From a virus (Duplodnaviria > Caudoviricetes): 55,132 nt of DNA. A program made the translations under genes and the position numbers. The DNA is taken from the IMG/VR virus record IMGVR_UViG_3300043427_002441, positions 1-55,132 of that record; one strand, 5' to 3'. A model generated the notes under the pieces. The model saw only the letters and a program-made list of their open reading frames with translations. It was not told the origin of the DNA and made no database searches. Positions 27,705 through 37,738 of the stretch are shown here, one piece after another. The first letter of the stretch is position 1. Each line of letters begins with the position of its first letter.

Positions 27705-29680
27705 TAGGTGTAAGACAAATCTAAGAGTAAATGATTTTTTATAAGATTATTTAACACTTTTTGTTTATCAAGTGTCATAGGTTGCATCATTTGACCTGGG
27801 GCAGACTGTGCCTGAGGAACTTGCATTTGTTTCTGAGGAATATCATTAACTATGGCAACTTGTGGAGCTTTTGCTGGTGCTGCAGAAACTTGCTGTGCTG
27901 GTTTTCCTTGTGTAGGAGATACCTGAGCTAATGAAGGTTGTTGAGAAACAGATGGAGCAACAAAACCTTGAGGTGGTTTTGAAGTATACATTAACACGTC
28001 AACATAAGGATCTGGACTTGTATCACCACCATAAGAAGTTCCAGACATATTTTTTGTTGCTTCCAAGTGCAAGTGTGGTGCAGTTGTCATCGTTCCACTA
28101 TTACCACTTCTTGCAAAAGGTTGCCCAGGTTTAACTTCACCACCGGTAATTAACTGAGCACTTAAGTGAGCAAGTCTAAGTCTAATATTTAATGATGGAA
28201 TGATAATATCCATATATTTTCCATAGCCACCTTCTGTTCTAGATTCAACAACTTTACAAGGTAGTTTACATGAAATATAAGTTCCAGAATTCATTCCAAT
28301 ATCAATTCCACCGTGTTGTGCATATTTACCAGTAATTGGATGTATTCGTCCTCCAAATAAACTAGTAACTGTACCAATTCCTCCCTGTATTGATTGCCCT
28401 TTACTATATCTCTTATTTGAATTTAATTGAAATGAACCTGATGTTGGTGCTGAAGTTGTTTGTGCTGGAGATGGAGTAGGAGTAGACAAAGATTGTTTAT
28501 AAGTTTTCTGTAAAGAAGATAAAGATTTTACTGGTTGTCCATAATAACTTTTACCACTAGCAACGGGAACTGATGCCCATTCTGGTGCAAGTAAAGAAGA
28601 AACTCTTTGTGAAAATCCTTCAGACTGAAGCATTTGGGCAGTAACTCCTCTTCTTTTTGCTAAAGCAAGAGCTGCTCTGTCCTGTACTTCTGGAGTAAAT
28701 GGTTCATTTGGTTTTAAATCACCAGACTTAATAAGACTTTCAAGAGTAAATGGCATGAACTGATAAGCACCGGTTGCTTTTGAACCTGACCCATATCCAG
28801 GAATTTTACCTCCACCTAATCTTTGTGGCAGTCTTCCAGTATCTGCCATATTAATTGTCTCTTGAACTGTTAATTTACCTTCGGATAATTCTTTAACTAC
28901 ATTTCCGCCGAAAATTGTACCATAACTTTTTGTTGTTCCTTCAGCAAATCTTAAGGTTTTTAATAGTGCTTGCTCTTGTGGAGTTCCATATCCACTTACT
29001 GAAGATGAAGGTCCTCCAGGTTCAGTAGTATAAGAAGTCCCCATTGGACTAGGTTGTTCACCTGGCATTTCTCCCAATGGAGTTGTAACTAATTTAATAC
29101 CATCATCTATTGAAGAATTTAAATCAGAAAAAGAATTGTAAAGATCATTTATAGAATTTTGAAATCTATTGCTAGTATCAAAAAAATCTAGTCTAACGAT
29201 GTTTGTCAAAACCGCTCCGATTACTCTTCCACTATTTGTAAATATCTTGGTAACTCCCGTAACAAAATTAGATAAGACTGTTCCTGCTTTTTTTAATCTA
29301 CCAATCAAATCAGTAGCCATTTGAATAATATTAGGTAAATTATACACCAACCATCCAACAACAAACCCACCAATAGCATCCATAATACGACCAAGAAATC
29401 CTTTGGTGCTTTCAGCAATAATGTTTCTAGCGCCCATTACGGCACCACCACCAACGTTTTTAGACTCTAAAAGTTCTTCAGCATCCTTTCTTTTTATATT
29501 CTCTTGTCTTTTTTTAAATAATCTATTATCACTAATTATCGCCTCTCTTTTAACTTTAGTTTTCTTAAATAAAACTGTTTTTATACTCGTAGCATCCTTT
29601 GAAGCGGACTGAAACCCACTACGAATATTTTTAAATTGATTTTGAAGCCCTATGGATGGTTTTAAAGTTGTGGTTGCCAT
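27704..29680 (-). CDS. virion-associated peptidoglycan hydrolase: lambda-type lysozyme/transglycosylase plus M23 peptidase
   Basis: AEGT..YG...ATGAYQF...QDRAA...EWASVP; HGGIDI...HLS...GNSG..T.PHLHLE. Confidence 0.8.
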   Translation of the reverse strand: MATTTLKPSIGLQNQFKNIRSGFQSASKDATSIKTVLFKKTKVKREAIISDNRLFKKRQENIKRKDAEELLESKNVGGGAVMGARNIIAESTKGFLGRIMDAIGGFVVGWLVYNLPNIIQMATDLIGRLKKAGTVLSNFVTGVTKIFTNSGRVIGAVLTNIVRLDFFDTSNRFQNSINDLYNSFSDLNSSIDDGIKLVTTPLGEMPGEQPSPMGTSYTTEPGGPSSSVSGYGTPQEQALLKTLRFAEGTTKSYGTIFGGNVVKELSEGKLTVQETINMADTGRLPQRLGGGKIPGYGSGSKATGAYQFMPFTLESLIKSGDLKPNEPFTPEVQDRAALALAKRRGVTAQMLQSEGFSQRVSSLLAPEWASVPVASGKSYYGQPVKSLSSLQKTYKQSLSTPTPSPAQTTSAPTSGSFQLNSNKRYSKGQSIQGGIGTVTSLFGGRIHPITGKYAQHGGIDIGMNSGTYISCKLPCKVVESRTEGGYGKYMDIIIPSLNIRLRLAHLSAQLITGGEVKPGQPFARSGNSGTMTTAPHLHLEATKNMSGTSYGGDTSPDPYVDVLMYTSKPPQGFVAPSVSQQPSLAQVSPTQGKPAQQVSAAPAKAPQVAIVNDIPQKQMQVPQAQSAPGQMMQPMTLDKQKVLNNLIKNHLLLDLSYT

Positions 29681-29681
29681 A

Positions 29682-31430
29682 TCAGACTAATACATTATAG
29701 TTAATTTGGGAGTATAATGCATAAAAATTATCTGGATTTGACGAACTTATCTGAGGAACATCACTTGCAGCACCAGGTTGTGAAGACAATACAGTATCTC
29801 CAGGTCCTTGTGCCCCAGGAACAGAAGACATCATAACAACATTTGGTTTTGGTTCCGGAACCTCTCCAACCTTAGCAGGTGGTGTTGGAATACTCTGCGT
29901 TTGTGCTGGAGTTATTGATACAGACGGAGATTGAGTTGCATTTTGAGACTCTCCAGATTCAACAGGGACACTCACATTACCATATTGAGCTGGTTGGCTA
30001 AAATCCATCTCTCCAGACATTTTACTAGTATCAAGATTAAAAGATAAATCAGCAGAGGCAGGTGCCATTTTAGCAGATGGTGTTACCTCTGGTGTTTGTG
30101 CAGGAGTTGGTGGTGCTGCTGCTTCTACTGGTTGTATGGCTGCTGGTGTTTGAGGAACTGCCATAACCGCATTTGCAACATATTTCTCAAGGTCCTGACC
30201 AGTCATTCCAGATGCTTTACCATCCGCTCTTGCTTTTTGTGCCGCAGCAAACTGCTCTTTATTAAGTGCTTTATCTGGTCTCTGCCCTGGTGCTAATGCT
30301 CCAGGTGGATTGGGAGATGTTGGCGATTGAGGTTTATTTCCCCCACGAGGAGTGTTTCCTAAAATTCCTGCTCCTCCACGAAAACCAGCCATTTCTGCCA
30401 TATCATCAGCAAATGATACAATCCTACCACCAGCTCCAAGAAGTCCAGGAGCAGCACCTAAAGCACTAACGGCAGCATCAGTATATTCTCCACTCTGAAA
30501 ATTCATTACTGCACCAATACCAGCTTGTGCGGTATTAATTAATCCAGGACCCCTAGGAGCAGGTTTTGCTCCAGGTTTTCCACTTTTTCCAGGTGCTTCA
30601 GGAGCAATTGGAGTTCCACGAATTCCAACTGCCCTCCCCGCAATAGTAGCCAATCCACCAAATAATTTTCCTATTCCCGTACCAATAAATTTGGTAACCA
30701 ATCCAACAGTACCACTCACAACTCTAATAATTGAACTCAAAGTGTCTTTTACAACACCCATTGACCTGAAAACTATGTTTACAGAGCTAATAATATTATT
30801 GAATATTTCCTGAACTCTATTTTGATTATTATTTGATTGCTGTTGGAATAAAGTAAGAACGCTATTAGTTAACCACCCAGCAAAAAATGTGAATAATGCT
30901 TTCTGAAGTTTTTCAAAAATTGACTGTGTTTTGTTTGTTAATAAACGAATTGGAGCAAGAATAGCAGACTGTATTCTAGATTCTAATTCTCTCTCTTTAC
31001 CTTCTCTAATACCCTGTTCAGCAAGTCTAGATTCTTGTAATTGTTCTTGAAGAGTTTGCTGTTTTTCTAATTGAGCGTCAGTAGATAAGAGTTGATTTGA
31101 CTGCTTAATAGATGCGCCAAGGTCACGAACATTTACAGAAATAACTTGCATGTTATTCTGTATATTACCTATTTCTTTTTGAAATACGCCTAATGTTTCA
31201 GATTGTGATTTTTTTATTGCGTTAATTTCATTCTGCAATTGAACAATTGTAATATTTTGTCTCTTGACAATTGCAGAAGTCTGTGGATCTGTACCTCCTC
31301 CTCCACCAAAACCAGCTGCCGCAGATTGAATACTTCTATTTCTAAAAATGGCCAGTCTACTCTCTCTAGACAAATATGACCCTGTGGTAGGATCTACTCC
31401 AGTATTAGCAACGGTAGATGGGTCAGCCAT
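29682..31430 (-). CDS. tape-measure/baseplate-associated coiled-coil protein
   Basis: coiled-coil N-terminus, Gly/Ala-rich middle, Pro-rich tail; location in baseplate operon. Confidence 0.55.
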   Translation of the reverse strand: MADPSTVANTGVDPTTGSYLSRESRLAIFRNRSIQSAAAGFGGGGGTDPQTSAIVKRQNITIVQLQNEINAIKKSQSETLGVFQKEIGNIQNNMQVISVNVRDLGASIKQSNQLLSTDAQLEKQQTLQEQLQESRLAEQGIREGKERELESRIQSAILAPIRLLTNKTQSIFEKLQKALFTFFAGWLTNSVLTLFQQQSNNNQNRVQEIFNNIISSVNIVFRSMGVVKDTLSSIIRVVSGTVGLVTKFIGTGIGKLFGGLATIAGRAVGIRGTPIAPEAPGKSGKPGAKPAPRGPGLINTAQAGIGAVMNFQSGEYTDAAVSALGAAPGLLGAGGRIVSFADDMAEMAGFRGGAGILGNTPRGGNKPQSPTSPNPPGALAPGQRPDKALNKEQFAAAQKARADGKASGMTGQDLEKYVANAVMAVPQTPAAIQPVEAAAPPTPAQTPEVTPSAKMAPASADLSFNLDTSKMSGEMDFSQPAQYGNVSVPVESGESQNATQSPSVSITPAQTQSIPTPPAKVGEVPEPKPNVVMMSSVPGAQGPGDTVLSSQPGAASDVPQISSSNPDNFYALYSQINYNVLV

Positions 31431-31596
31431 TAGATTGGTTCTTTAAGTTTTCTTCTTCAATGTACTGCTGAAGTAGAGAGATATATACATCTCTCTCCCA
31501 AGGGATCATATTTTCTAGCTCTGTCAAACTATATTTATGGTGCTGAAGGAGAGCAAAATTAGTTTTATAGTATGACTCAAGATTTTCATGAGCCAT
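31423..31596 (-). CDS. gp51: baseplate hub assembly catalyst gp51 (not in ORF track)
   Basis: YYKTNFALLQHHKYSLTELENMIPWERDVY motif, 57 aa. Confidence 0.85.
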   Translation of the reverse strand: MAHENLESYYKTNFALLQHHKYSLTELENMIPWERDVYISLLQQYIEEENLKNQSNG

Positions 31597-31598
31597 AC

Positions 31599-32315
31599 CT
31601 ACCCGAAAAAAGCAGAAAGGCCCTCAAGAACAACTTCACTTTCAACTCCAGTATTTGGATTTTTAATTTTAATAATGTGAGAAAGTTTGGGCATTGTTTC
31701 AAAGAACTTTTCAATTTCTTTGAATTGCTTTGAACTTAGTCCTTCTAAGAATTCTAAAACTTCTTTCTTAGTAAAATCACTAGGATTCCAAGATTCTTCC
31801 TCATTATAAATTTGGTCAATGCACGATGCTATCAAATCAAATGTATCATTTACACTAATATCAGACATTGTAAAATTAGTTTTAACAAATTCATCCATTG
31901 ATGGATACTTCATTCTTAGTGTTAGATTTTCATCTAATGTAATATCTCTCTTATGCTTATCAGAAACTTTTACTTTAATATCATCAAGGTTAATTGAAGT
32001 GGGAACTTGAGTTGTACCATCATCTGGACATGTAACTAGAACATCCACCATTTCACCCACAGATTTTCCACGAATATTTAAAAACAAATATTCAATGTCA
32101 AAAGTAGACAGTTCGTTTACCTTTACACCTTTGGTTAAAATACAATTCGTGATTACATTTTTTACTGCAATAGCAATTTGCTTTGGATCATCAGTCTCCA
32201 TCGCAATAATTAGAATCTTTTCTTCTTTAACTAAAAATGGTCTGTATCTTATTTTCTTCTTTATAGATGGCAATTCCAATTCATATGTTGGAGTAGAAAT
32301 TGTTGGTAAAGGCAT
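31599..32315 (-). CDS. gp26: baseplate hub subunit gp26
   Basis: YRPFLVKEEKIL, FDIEYLFLNIRGKSVGE; CTAAATA at 32351-32345. Confidence 0.9.
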   Translation of the reverse strand: MPLPTISTPTYELELPSIKKKIRYRPFLVKEEKILIIAMETDDPKQIAIAVKNVITNCILTKGVKVNELSTFDIEYLFLNIRGKSVGEMVDVLVTCPDDGTTQVPTSINLDDIKVKVSDKHKRDITLDENLTLRMKYPSMDEFVKTNFTMSDISVNDTFDLIASCIDQIYNEEESWNPSDFTKKEVLEFLEGLSSKQFKEIEKFFETMPKLSHIIKIKNPNTGVESEVVLEGLSAFFG

Positions 32316-32347
32316 AATTTTTGATTATGAATGTTCAGATATTTTAT

Positions 32348-33181
32348 TTAGATGCCAATATTAAAGAATCCACTGTCAAGACTAGAATTTGGAATTGGTG
32401 TTGAATTTGAAGTTAGATAATTCTGTAACGATGCATTTGAATTTTGATTAGAATCTTTATTGTTCTCAAAAGGAACTTTCTGCCCCAGAGCTTGAAGACT
32501 CTCAAGACTAAATACGTCCTTATTAAGTATGTTCACATTATAAAGAAGGTTATTAGAATCTTGACGTTTAACATTTAAACTATATGATCTTCCACAAACA
32601 TATCTTTCATAGTTAAATGTTGCACTCATAGTAAGTGTTTGTGCCGCATCATAAGAAACTCCAATTGAAGATATTGCAATTGGGAAAAGACCGAAAAAAT
32701 TATATTCTAACTCATTTTTAGAACGATAATCTCTGTTAAATTTAATTATTTTTGTATAATCTATCTTATATTCATCAGGATATCTCATTTTATAAAAATA
32801 ATCACTTGTTGTTGGTGAAATTCCAGACCCACTGGAAATATACTCCATCCAGTGCTCTAAAAATTTAACTACCTTATATTCTTTATCAACATAAAAAGAC
32901 AATTCAATAGGAGTAAATATTCTAGTATGAGCGACTTTCTCCATCAATCCGGTATAGTTACCAGCAACATCAGCGGTCGCAAAAGAAGATCCAGGAAGGG
33001 ACGCTGAATTACAAAGAAGACCTGCAGACTCTCCAGTAAATCTAGGATCAACTCCTCTATCCTTCAAATATTCTTTCAAACCCTTTCTAAACCCACCAAA
33101 CCTAAATTCATATTGAGATGTTTGAGCTAGATTAGTAAAAAGTGGTTTAATATCAGATATTTTACGTGGTTTTACAGGCAC
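32348..33181 (-). CDS. baseplate-tail tube initiator gp54-like (gp19 fold)
   Basis: LC..ASLPG, L.FYVD, F.E.W, YP..Y, FPI.I motifs; divergent from gp4. Confidence 0.65.
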   Translation of the reverse strand: MPVKPRKISDIKPLFTNLAQTSQYEFRFGGFRKGLKEYLKDRGVDPRFTGESAGLLCNSASLPGSSFATADVAGNYTGLMEKVAHTRIFTPIELSFYVDKEYKVVKFLEHWMEYISSGSGISPTTSDYFYKMRYPDEYKIDYTKIIKFNRDYRSKNELEYNFFGLFPIAISSIGVSYDAAQTLTMSATFNYERYVCGRSYSLNVKRQDSNNLLYNVNILNKDVFSLESLQALGQKVPFENNKDSNQNSNASLQNYLTSNSTPIPNSSLDSGFFNIGI

Positions 33182-33182
33182 T

Positions 33183-33218
33183 CTAAATACCTATTATGAG
33201 AAGATTGTAATTATTTAG
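33183..33218. promoter_or_regulatory. crossed divergent late promoters
   Basis: CTAAATA on + at 33183-33189 and on - at 33218-33212. Confidence 0.65.
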
Positions 33219-33656
33219 ATGTCATACAAGGGAAAATACTCACCTTCATTTCCAAAAAAATATAAGGGAGATCCTACGAATATAATTTATCGTTCTTTAT
33301 GGGAACGTAAATTTATGAAATATTGTGACTTAAATGAAAATATCTTAGAATGGGGAAGTGAAGAAATTGCACTACCTTATATTTCCCCAGTTGATAATAG
33401 AGTTCATAGATATTTTCCAGATTTTTATATCAAAGTCAAAGAAAGCACCGGTCAAATTAAAAAATATATTATTGAAATCAAACCCAAAAAACAAACAATT
33501 GAACCAAAAGTTCAAAAGAAAAAAACAAGAGGATATATTTTTGAAGTTGTAGAGTATGCAAAAAATCAAGCAAAATGGAAAGCTGCAAAAGAATTTTGCA
33601 AAGATAGAATGTGGGAATTTAAAGTTCTAACAGAAGAAGACTTAGGTATCAAATAA
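33219..33656 (+). CDS. gp4: head completion protein gp4
   Basis: KYKGDPTNIIYRSLWERKFM, WGSEE..PY, HRYFPDF, IEIKP. Confidence 0.9.
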   Translation: MSYKGKYSPSFPKKYKGDPTNIIYRSLWERKFMKYCDLNENILEWGSEEIALPYISPVDNRVHRYFPDFYIKVKESTGQIKKYIIEIKPKKQTIEPKVQKKKTRGYIFEVVEYAKNQAKWKAAKEFCKDRMWEFKVLTEEDLGIK

Positions 33657-34060
33657 TGCCAAGAAAAACTCTAAGACAAAGATCACAAAAAATAACAAGT
33701 GAAACAAATGAGTTTAATAGAGTTCGTGAGATTTTAAAAAATTTAATTGGAACTGAAGACCCAGATGATTTAATGCTAGAACTATTGAATGTATTGGAGG
33801 AAGGAAGTAAATCAGTAATACCCGGCAACTATTATACCTTTATCTACAATCCAAAGACTCCTCTTATTCAATATGATCAAAATCCTTTAGTAGCAGTGAC
33901 AAATTTATACAATTGGGGATTTAGAGGAATTAATCTACATTGGGGCAGTGTAAGGCAATACACTTGGGAAGAAATACCTGGCGGAGTATATAAAATAAGA
34001 CCAGAAGAATTAGATGATGTTAGAAGTATTCCATATGCAAAAATTCGACTAAATACTTAA
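33656..34060 (+). CDS. DNA end protector gp2-like protein
   Basis: YTFIYNPKT...YDQNPLV...GFRGINLHW; follows gp4. Confidence 0.6.
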   Translation: MPRKTLRQRSQKITSETNEFNRVREILKNLIGTEDPDDLMLELLNVLEEGSKSVIPGNYYTFIYNPKTPLIQYDQNPLVAVTNLYNWGFRGINLHWGSVRQYTWEEIPGGVYKIRPEELDDVRSIPYAKIRLNT

Positions 34061-34074
34061 AAAGTTCCTAGAAG

Positions 34075-35124
34075 ATGGTCAACTCTTTAACTGGATTTAA
34101 ATTAGCACAATCTGGGGTTGATTTATCTTCAACTTCTGGGGGAGCACTTTCTCAAGCTACAGCAGCTGCATCCACTCCAACAGCATTTAATCCAAATTCA
34201 TCCTCGCAACAACCACAATCACCACAAAATAGAGCAGTAGGTTTAAAAACTCTCAGATATCCAAATAAAGCAATTAAAGAATCTGATGATTACTTAGAAA
34301 TAAAAATTGTAAGATATATTCCACCGGCACCAAATGCTTCAGGGAGCAATGTTACTTTTACAAGCAGCACACAACTTTTAAATCAAAGTGATAACTTAAA
34401 AAAACCTGAAGCGATTATTATCTTACCAATGCCACAAGATTTGCAAGATTCAAACTCTGTCGATTGGGGTGACAGTAGTTTAAATGCTATGGAAATGGCT
34501 GGAGTTAAGTCTGTTGGAGAAGGAATGCAAGAAGGAAATGTAGTTACTGGAGGTATTAAAACAATATCAGGACTAATGGATGCAGCAAAAGGACTTGGTT
34601 CATCTGGAAATGTACAAGACCTAGCACAAAGTTTCTTTTCTGCACAATTAGTGAATATGTTCGGTGGCAATGTTGACGCTTCATCTCTCTTGTCAAGATC
34701 AACTGGTCAAGTTCTAAATCCAAATATGGAACTCTTATTCAAAGGAGTTGGATTAAGAGAATTTTCATTTAATTTTGATTTTGTTCCTAAAGATCCTAAT
34801 GAGGCAGGTGTTGTAAAAGATATTATTAGAACGTTTAAAACTTCAATGGCACCAAGAAGTTCTGCCGGGGGTGGAAATGGACTATTCATTAGTGCTCCAA
34901 ACGTTTTTGTTTTGGAATATAAGTCTGGAGGAAGATCTCATCCATTTTTAAATAGATTTAAACCAATGGCAATGAAAGGTATGAGTGTCAACTATACAGG
35001 ATCTGGAACTTATGCAGTTTATAATGATTCCACTCCTATTCACATGAAACTTTCACTTAACTTTCAAGAACTTAATCCAATTTACTTTGAAGATTACCAA
35101 GGTGTAGGAGGAGTAGGATACTAA
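34075..35124 (+). CDS. gp48: baseplate tail-tube cap gp48
   Basis: LRYP, ILPMP, NPNMELLFKGVGLREFSFNF, L.FQEL; CTAAATA at 34049-34055. Confidence 0.85.
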   Translation: MVNSLTGFKLAQSGVDLSSTSGGALSQATAAASTPTAFNPNSSSQQPQSPQNRAVGLKTLRYPNKAIKESDDYLEIKIVRYIPPAPNASGSNVTFTSSTQLLNQSDNLKKPEAIIILPMPQDLQDSNSVDWGDSSLNAMEMAGVKSVGEGMQEGNVVTGGIKTISGLMDAAKGLGSSGNVQDLAQSFFSAQLVNMFGGNVDASSLLSRSTGQVLNPNMELLFKGVGLREFSFNFDFVPKDPNEAGVVKDIIRTFKTSMAPRSSAGGGNGLFISAPNVFVLEYKSGGRSHPFLNRFKPMAMKGMSVNYTGSGTYAVYNDSTPIHMKLSLNFQELNPIYFEDYQGVGGVGY

Positions 35125-35786
35125 TGGGATACTTTAGAGAACTTCCAAATATTGAATATCAATCAACTTTACCAGATAGGAATGGTTCAGACTCTTACAT
35201 AAGAGTTAAAAACTTATTCAGAAGAGTTAAGTTACGTGAAGATTTACAAAACATCACGACTGTTTTTAACAAATACGCAATTCCAGACAATTACAGACCA
35301 GACTTAGTTGCAGAAGATCTTTACGGAAGAGCTGATTTAGATTGGGTTGTTTTATTATCGGCAAATATTATTAGCGTCAGAGACCAATGGCCACTCTCAA
35401 ACAGAGAATTATATAATTTTGTTGTTAATAAGTATGGTGTTGAAAATCTATCAGCAATAAAATTTTATGAGACTACCGAAGTTAAAGATTCCCAGGGAAG
35501 ATTAATTATTCCAGCTGGAAAAGTAGTAGATTCTCAATTTACAATTCCAAAACCAGATACAATGTATCAAGAACAAATTGAAATTTTAAATCCAGTCGTT
35601 GGAATTACTAATTATGAATATGAAACTAGAAAAAATGAAGAAAAAAGATTAATATATGTTCTTAAAAAGTCTTATTTACAACAATTCTTGAATGATATGA
35701 GAAAGATTATGAATTATGATCGTTCTTCTCAGTATGTAAATCCAACTCTAGTTCGTACAGAAAATACAAGAAACACATTACCATAA
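35124..35786 (+). CDS. gp53: baseplate wedge subunit gp53
   Basis: YFRELPNIEY, RPDLVAEDLYG...DWVVLL.N, QWPL, TNYEYE...NEEKR. Confidence 0.9.
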   Translation: MGYFRELPNIEYQSTLPDRNGSDSYIRVKNLFRRVKLREDLQNITTVFNKYAIPDNYRPDLVAEDLYGRADLDWVVLLSANIISVRDQWPLSNRELYNFVVNKYGVENLSAIKFYETTEVKDSQGRLIIPAGKVVDSQFTIPKPDTMYQEQIEILNPVVGITNYEYETRKNEEKRLIYVLKKSYLQQFLNDMRKIMNYDRSSQYVNPTLVRTENTRNTLP

Positions 35787-35787
35787 T

Positions 35788-35815
35788 AAAAAGAGGGGAG
35801 TAATCCCCTCTTTAT
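35788..35815. terminator. bidirectional terminator between gp53 and gp32
   Basis: AAAGAGGGGA-GTAA-TCCCCTCTTT between convergent genes. Confidence 0.8.
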
Positions 35816-35823
35816 GAACTAAA

Positions 35824-36747
35824 TCAGTCTTCTGCCAACTTTGCAAAGTAGGAGAGAGCATCGTCGTCCTCATCCTCTTCAACCGCAGCACGACGGGTGG
35901 GTTTCAGATTGTTGAGTTCGGAACGAAGGTCATCATCAAGTTCCTTATAAGAACCACGAGTATTGTCTTCCTCGTCAAGTTCTTCAGGGTCTTGATACTT
36001 AGGAGTTCCTTTCAGACCCAGAGTATAATCAAGACGCTTCTTGAGGTCTTCGTAAGACTTATATTCAGAAGGACTCAGATACTCAGCAAGAGAATACTGC
36101 TTTTTCCAGAGTGCTTCCAGAGCATCATCATCATCAAGAAGCGCACTAGCAGAAGCGAACTCGGAAGAATCATAGTTGCGATAACCGGCAACATTCTTTG
36201 CCTTCAGTTTGAAGTTGGCACCTTGCCAGAAATCAAACGGATCGATAGGAGTCTCATCTTCAAATTCAGGTTGCATCGCTTCGGAAATCTTATCAAAGAT
36301 TTTCTTGCCATACTTGAAGAGGAACACTTTTCCTTCATTCTCAGGATTGGCAGGGTCCTTTACCACATAGATGTTGGAAACATAAGTCAGTTTACGCTTT
36401 TGCTTGCGAGCAACTTCCTTATTAGCATCAACACCAGAATTCCAGAGACCAGAGTTGTGTTCACAAATCGGACACTTCTGATTCAGAGAGGTCAGGCAGT
36501 TGTCAATCAACCAACCACCAGGACCTTGGAAAGCATGGGAATAAACTTTCACAAACGGAAGGTCTTCACCTTCGGGTGCGGGCAGGAAACGGATTACGGC
36601 ATACCCATTGCCGCTTTTATCTACATCAAGTTTCCAGAGACGGTCATCAGCACTACCACTGGAACTATTCATTTTTTCAACTTCTTTCACCAGTTTTTCG
36701 GTGAGAGAGCCAAGTTTAGATTGTTTTTTAAGATCTGCAAAAGACAT
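35824..36747 (-). CDS. gp32: single-stranded DNA-binding protein gp32
   Basis: GNGYAVIRFLP, HAFQGPGGW, CPICE, FKYGKKIFDK, NYD.SEF, acidic tail. Confidence 0.95.
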   Translation of the reverse strand: MSFADLKKQSKLGSLTEKLVKEVEKMNSSSGSADDRLWKLDVDKSGNGYAVIRFLPAPEGEDLPFVKVYSHAFQGPGGWLIDNCLTSLNQKCPICEHNSGLWNSGVDANKEVARKQKRKLTYVSNIYVVKDPANPENEGKVFLFKYGKKIFDKISEAMQPEFEDETPIDPFDFWQGANFKLKAKNVAGYRNYDSSEFASASALLDDDDALEALWKKQYSLAEYLSPSEYKSYEDLKKRLDYTLGLKGTPKYQDPEELDEEDNTRGSYKELDDDLRSELNNLKPTRRAAVEEDEDDDALSYFAKLAED

Positions 36748-36788
36748 TAGATACCTCGGATACGTTGGATACGGGGGATTACTTGGAT

Positions 36789-36817
36789 ATTATAGCAGGG
36801 ATGAACCTATTGGTCAA
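36789..36817 (-). promoter_or_regulatory. sigma70-type promoter for gp32
   Basis: TTGACC-17 nt-TATAAT with TG extension. Confidence 0.75.
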
Positions 36818-37139
36818 CAAACTGCTTTAAGGATTCGATTGTTTTGTTCATGCTACTAAACAAGATGCTCATATCAGTCTCTGGTGGGAATCCCATCAGA
36901 GCAACTGACTTACGAAGATTCTCTTTCATCTCAACCGCTTGCGGGTCATCAGAAAGAGAGAGTCGTGTATACATTATACGCTGCTTATCAAGAAGCACCT
37001 GTAGTTTTTCAATGTGCTCCAATTTTGTTTCACGGTCCATCATACCAAAACTGAGAATACTTCCGTATATCTCTTCTTGTAAGTTGTTAATTTCTCTCAA
37101 TTCTTCCTGAATAATATCAGAATCAAAAAAGTTACTCAT
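36807..37139 (-). CDS. DUF1825-like cyanophage/cyanobacterial protein
   Basis: FFDSDIIQEE...KQRIMYTRLSLSDDP. Confidence 0.7.
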   Translation of the reverse strand: MSNFFDSDIIQEELREINNLQEEIYGSILSFGMMDRETKLEHIEKLQVLLDKQRIMYTRLSLSDDPQAVEMKENLRKSVALMGFPPETDMSILFSSMNKTIESLKQFVDQ

Positions 37140-37722
37140 TTACAATTTCCCTTAAAATTTTTTTAAAATAGGAGACATCAATATTTAGAAATGGATTATA
37201 CTTCTTAATTTTTAAACTGACGGTTTCCCACACTGGGTCTAAAAGTTTCATATCGAACTTATTCCCGAACAGGAATATTTTATCATATATTACTAAGGTT
37301 TCAAGAGAAATCTTCCCGCCCAGGAAACTTTTTAGAACGGGTGGATGACCTTTGGAGCAATTCAAGGCATCCTCTAATTTTATCTGAGAGAACAATTCGT
37401 TGCTTTGCTCTTTGAATAAGTAAGTCAAACTCTGCTGCCTTCTCATCCACTCTGCGTATGTTCTTTCTCCAGAATTGATAATTTCTCCAATCCATAAGTT
37501 CTGTGGGTTATCTGCCTCTACAAAATTTGATACTAAAAAATTTACGACTTCTTTATCAGAATACTTGCGACTAGTTTTCTCAAACCAGTATTTGTCCTTT
37601 CGTTTATTGAAAGAAGTCATACTAGCACGAGTCTTCGCACCGTACTTAAAGAAATCGTATTTTGGATTTGTAAAATGAGACTTTAACGAAAGATAATGTT
37701 GATATGTTTCAAATGGTGACAT
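37132..37722 (-). CDS. gp59: helicase loader gp59-like
   Basis: YLSLKSHFT..KYDFFKY.AK...FNKRKDKY.F.K; ISLETL. Confidence 0.8.
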   Translation of the reverse strand: MSPFETYQHYLSLKSHFTNPKYDFFKYGAKTRASMTSFNKRKDKYWFEKTSRKYSDKEVVNFLVSNFVEADNPQNLWIGEIINSGERTYAEWMRRQQSLTYLFKEQSNELFSQIKLEDALNCSKGHPPVLKSFLGGKISLETLVIYDKIFLFGNKFDMKLLDPVWETVSLKIKKYNPFLNIDVSYFKKILREIVNE

Positions 37723-37738
37723 AATTAAAAATAAAGAG

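Noticed and set aside
35992-36750. 252-aa ORF antisense to gp32
   Set aside because: Same shadow effect; gp32 is unambiguous on the minus strand
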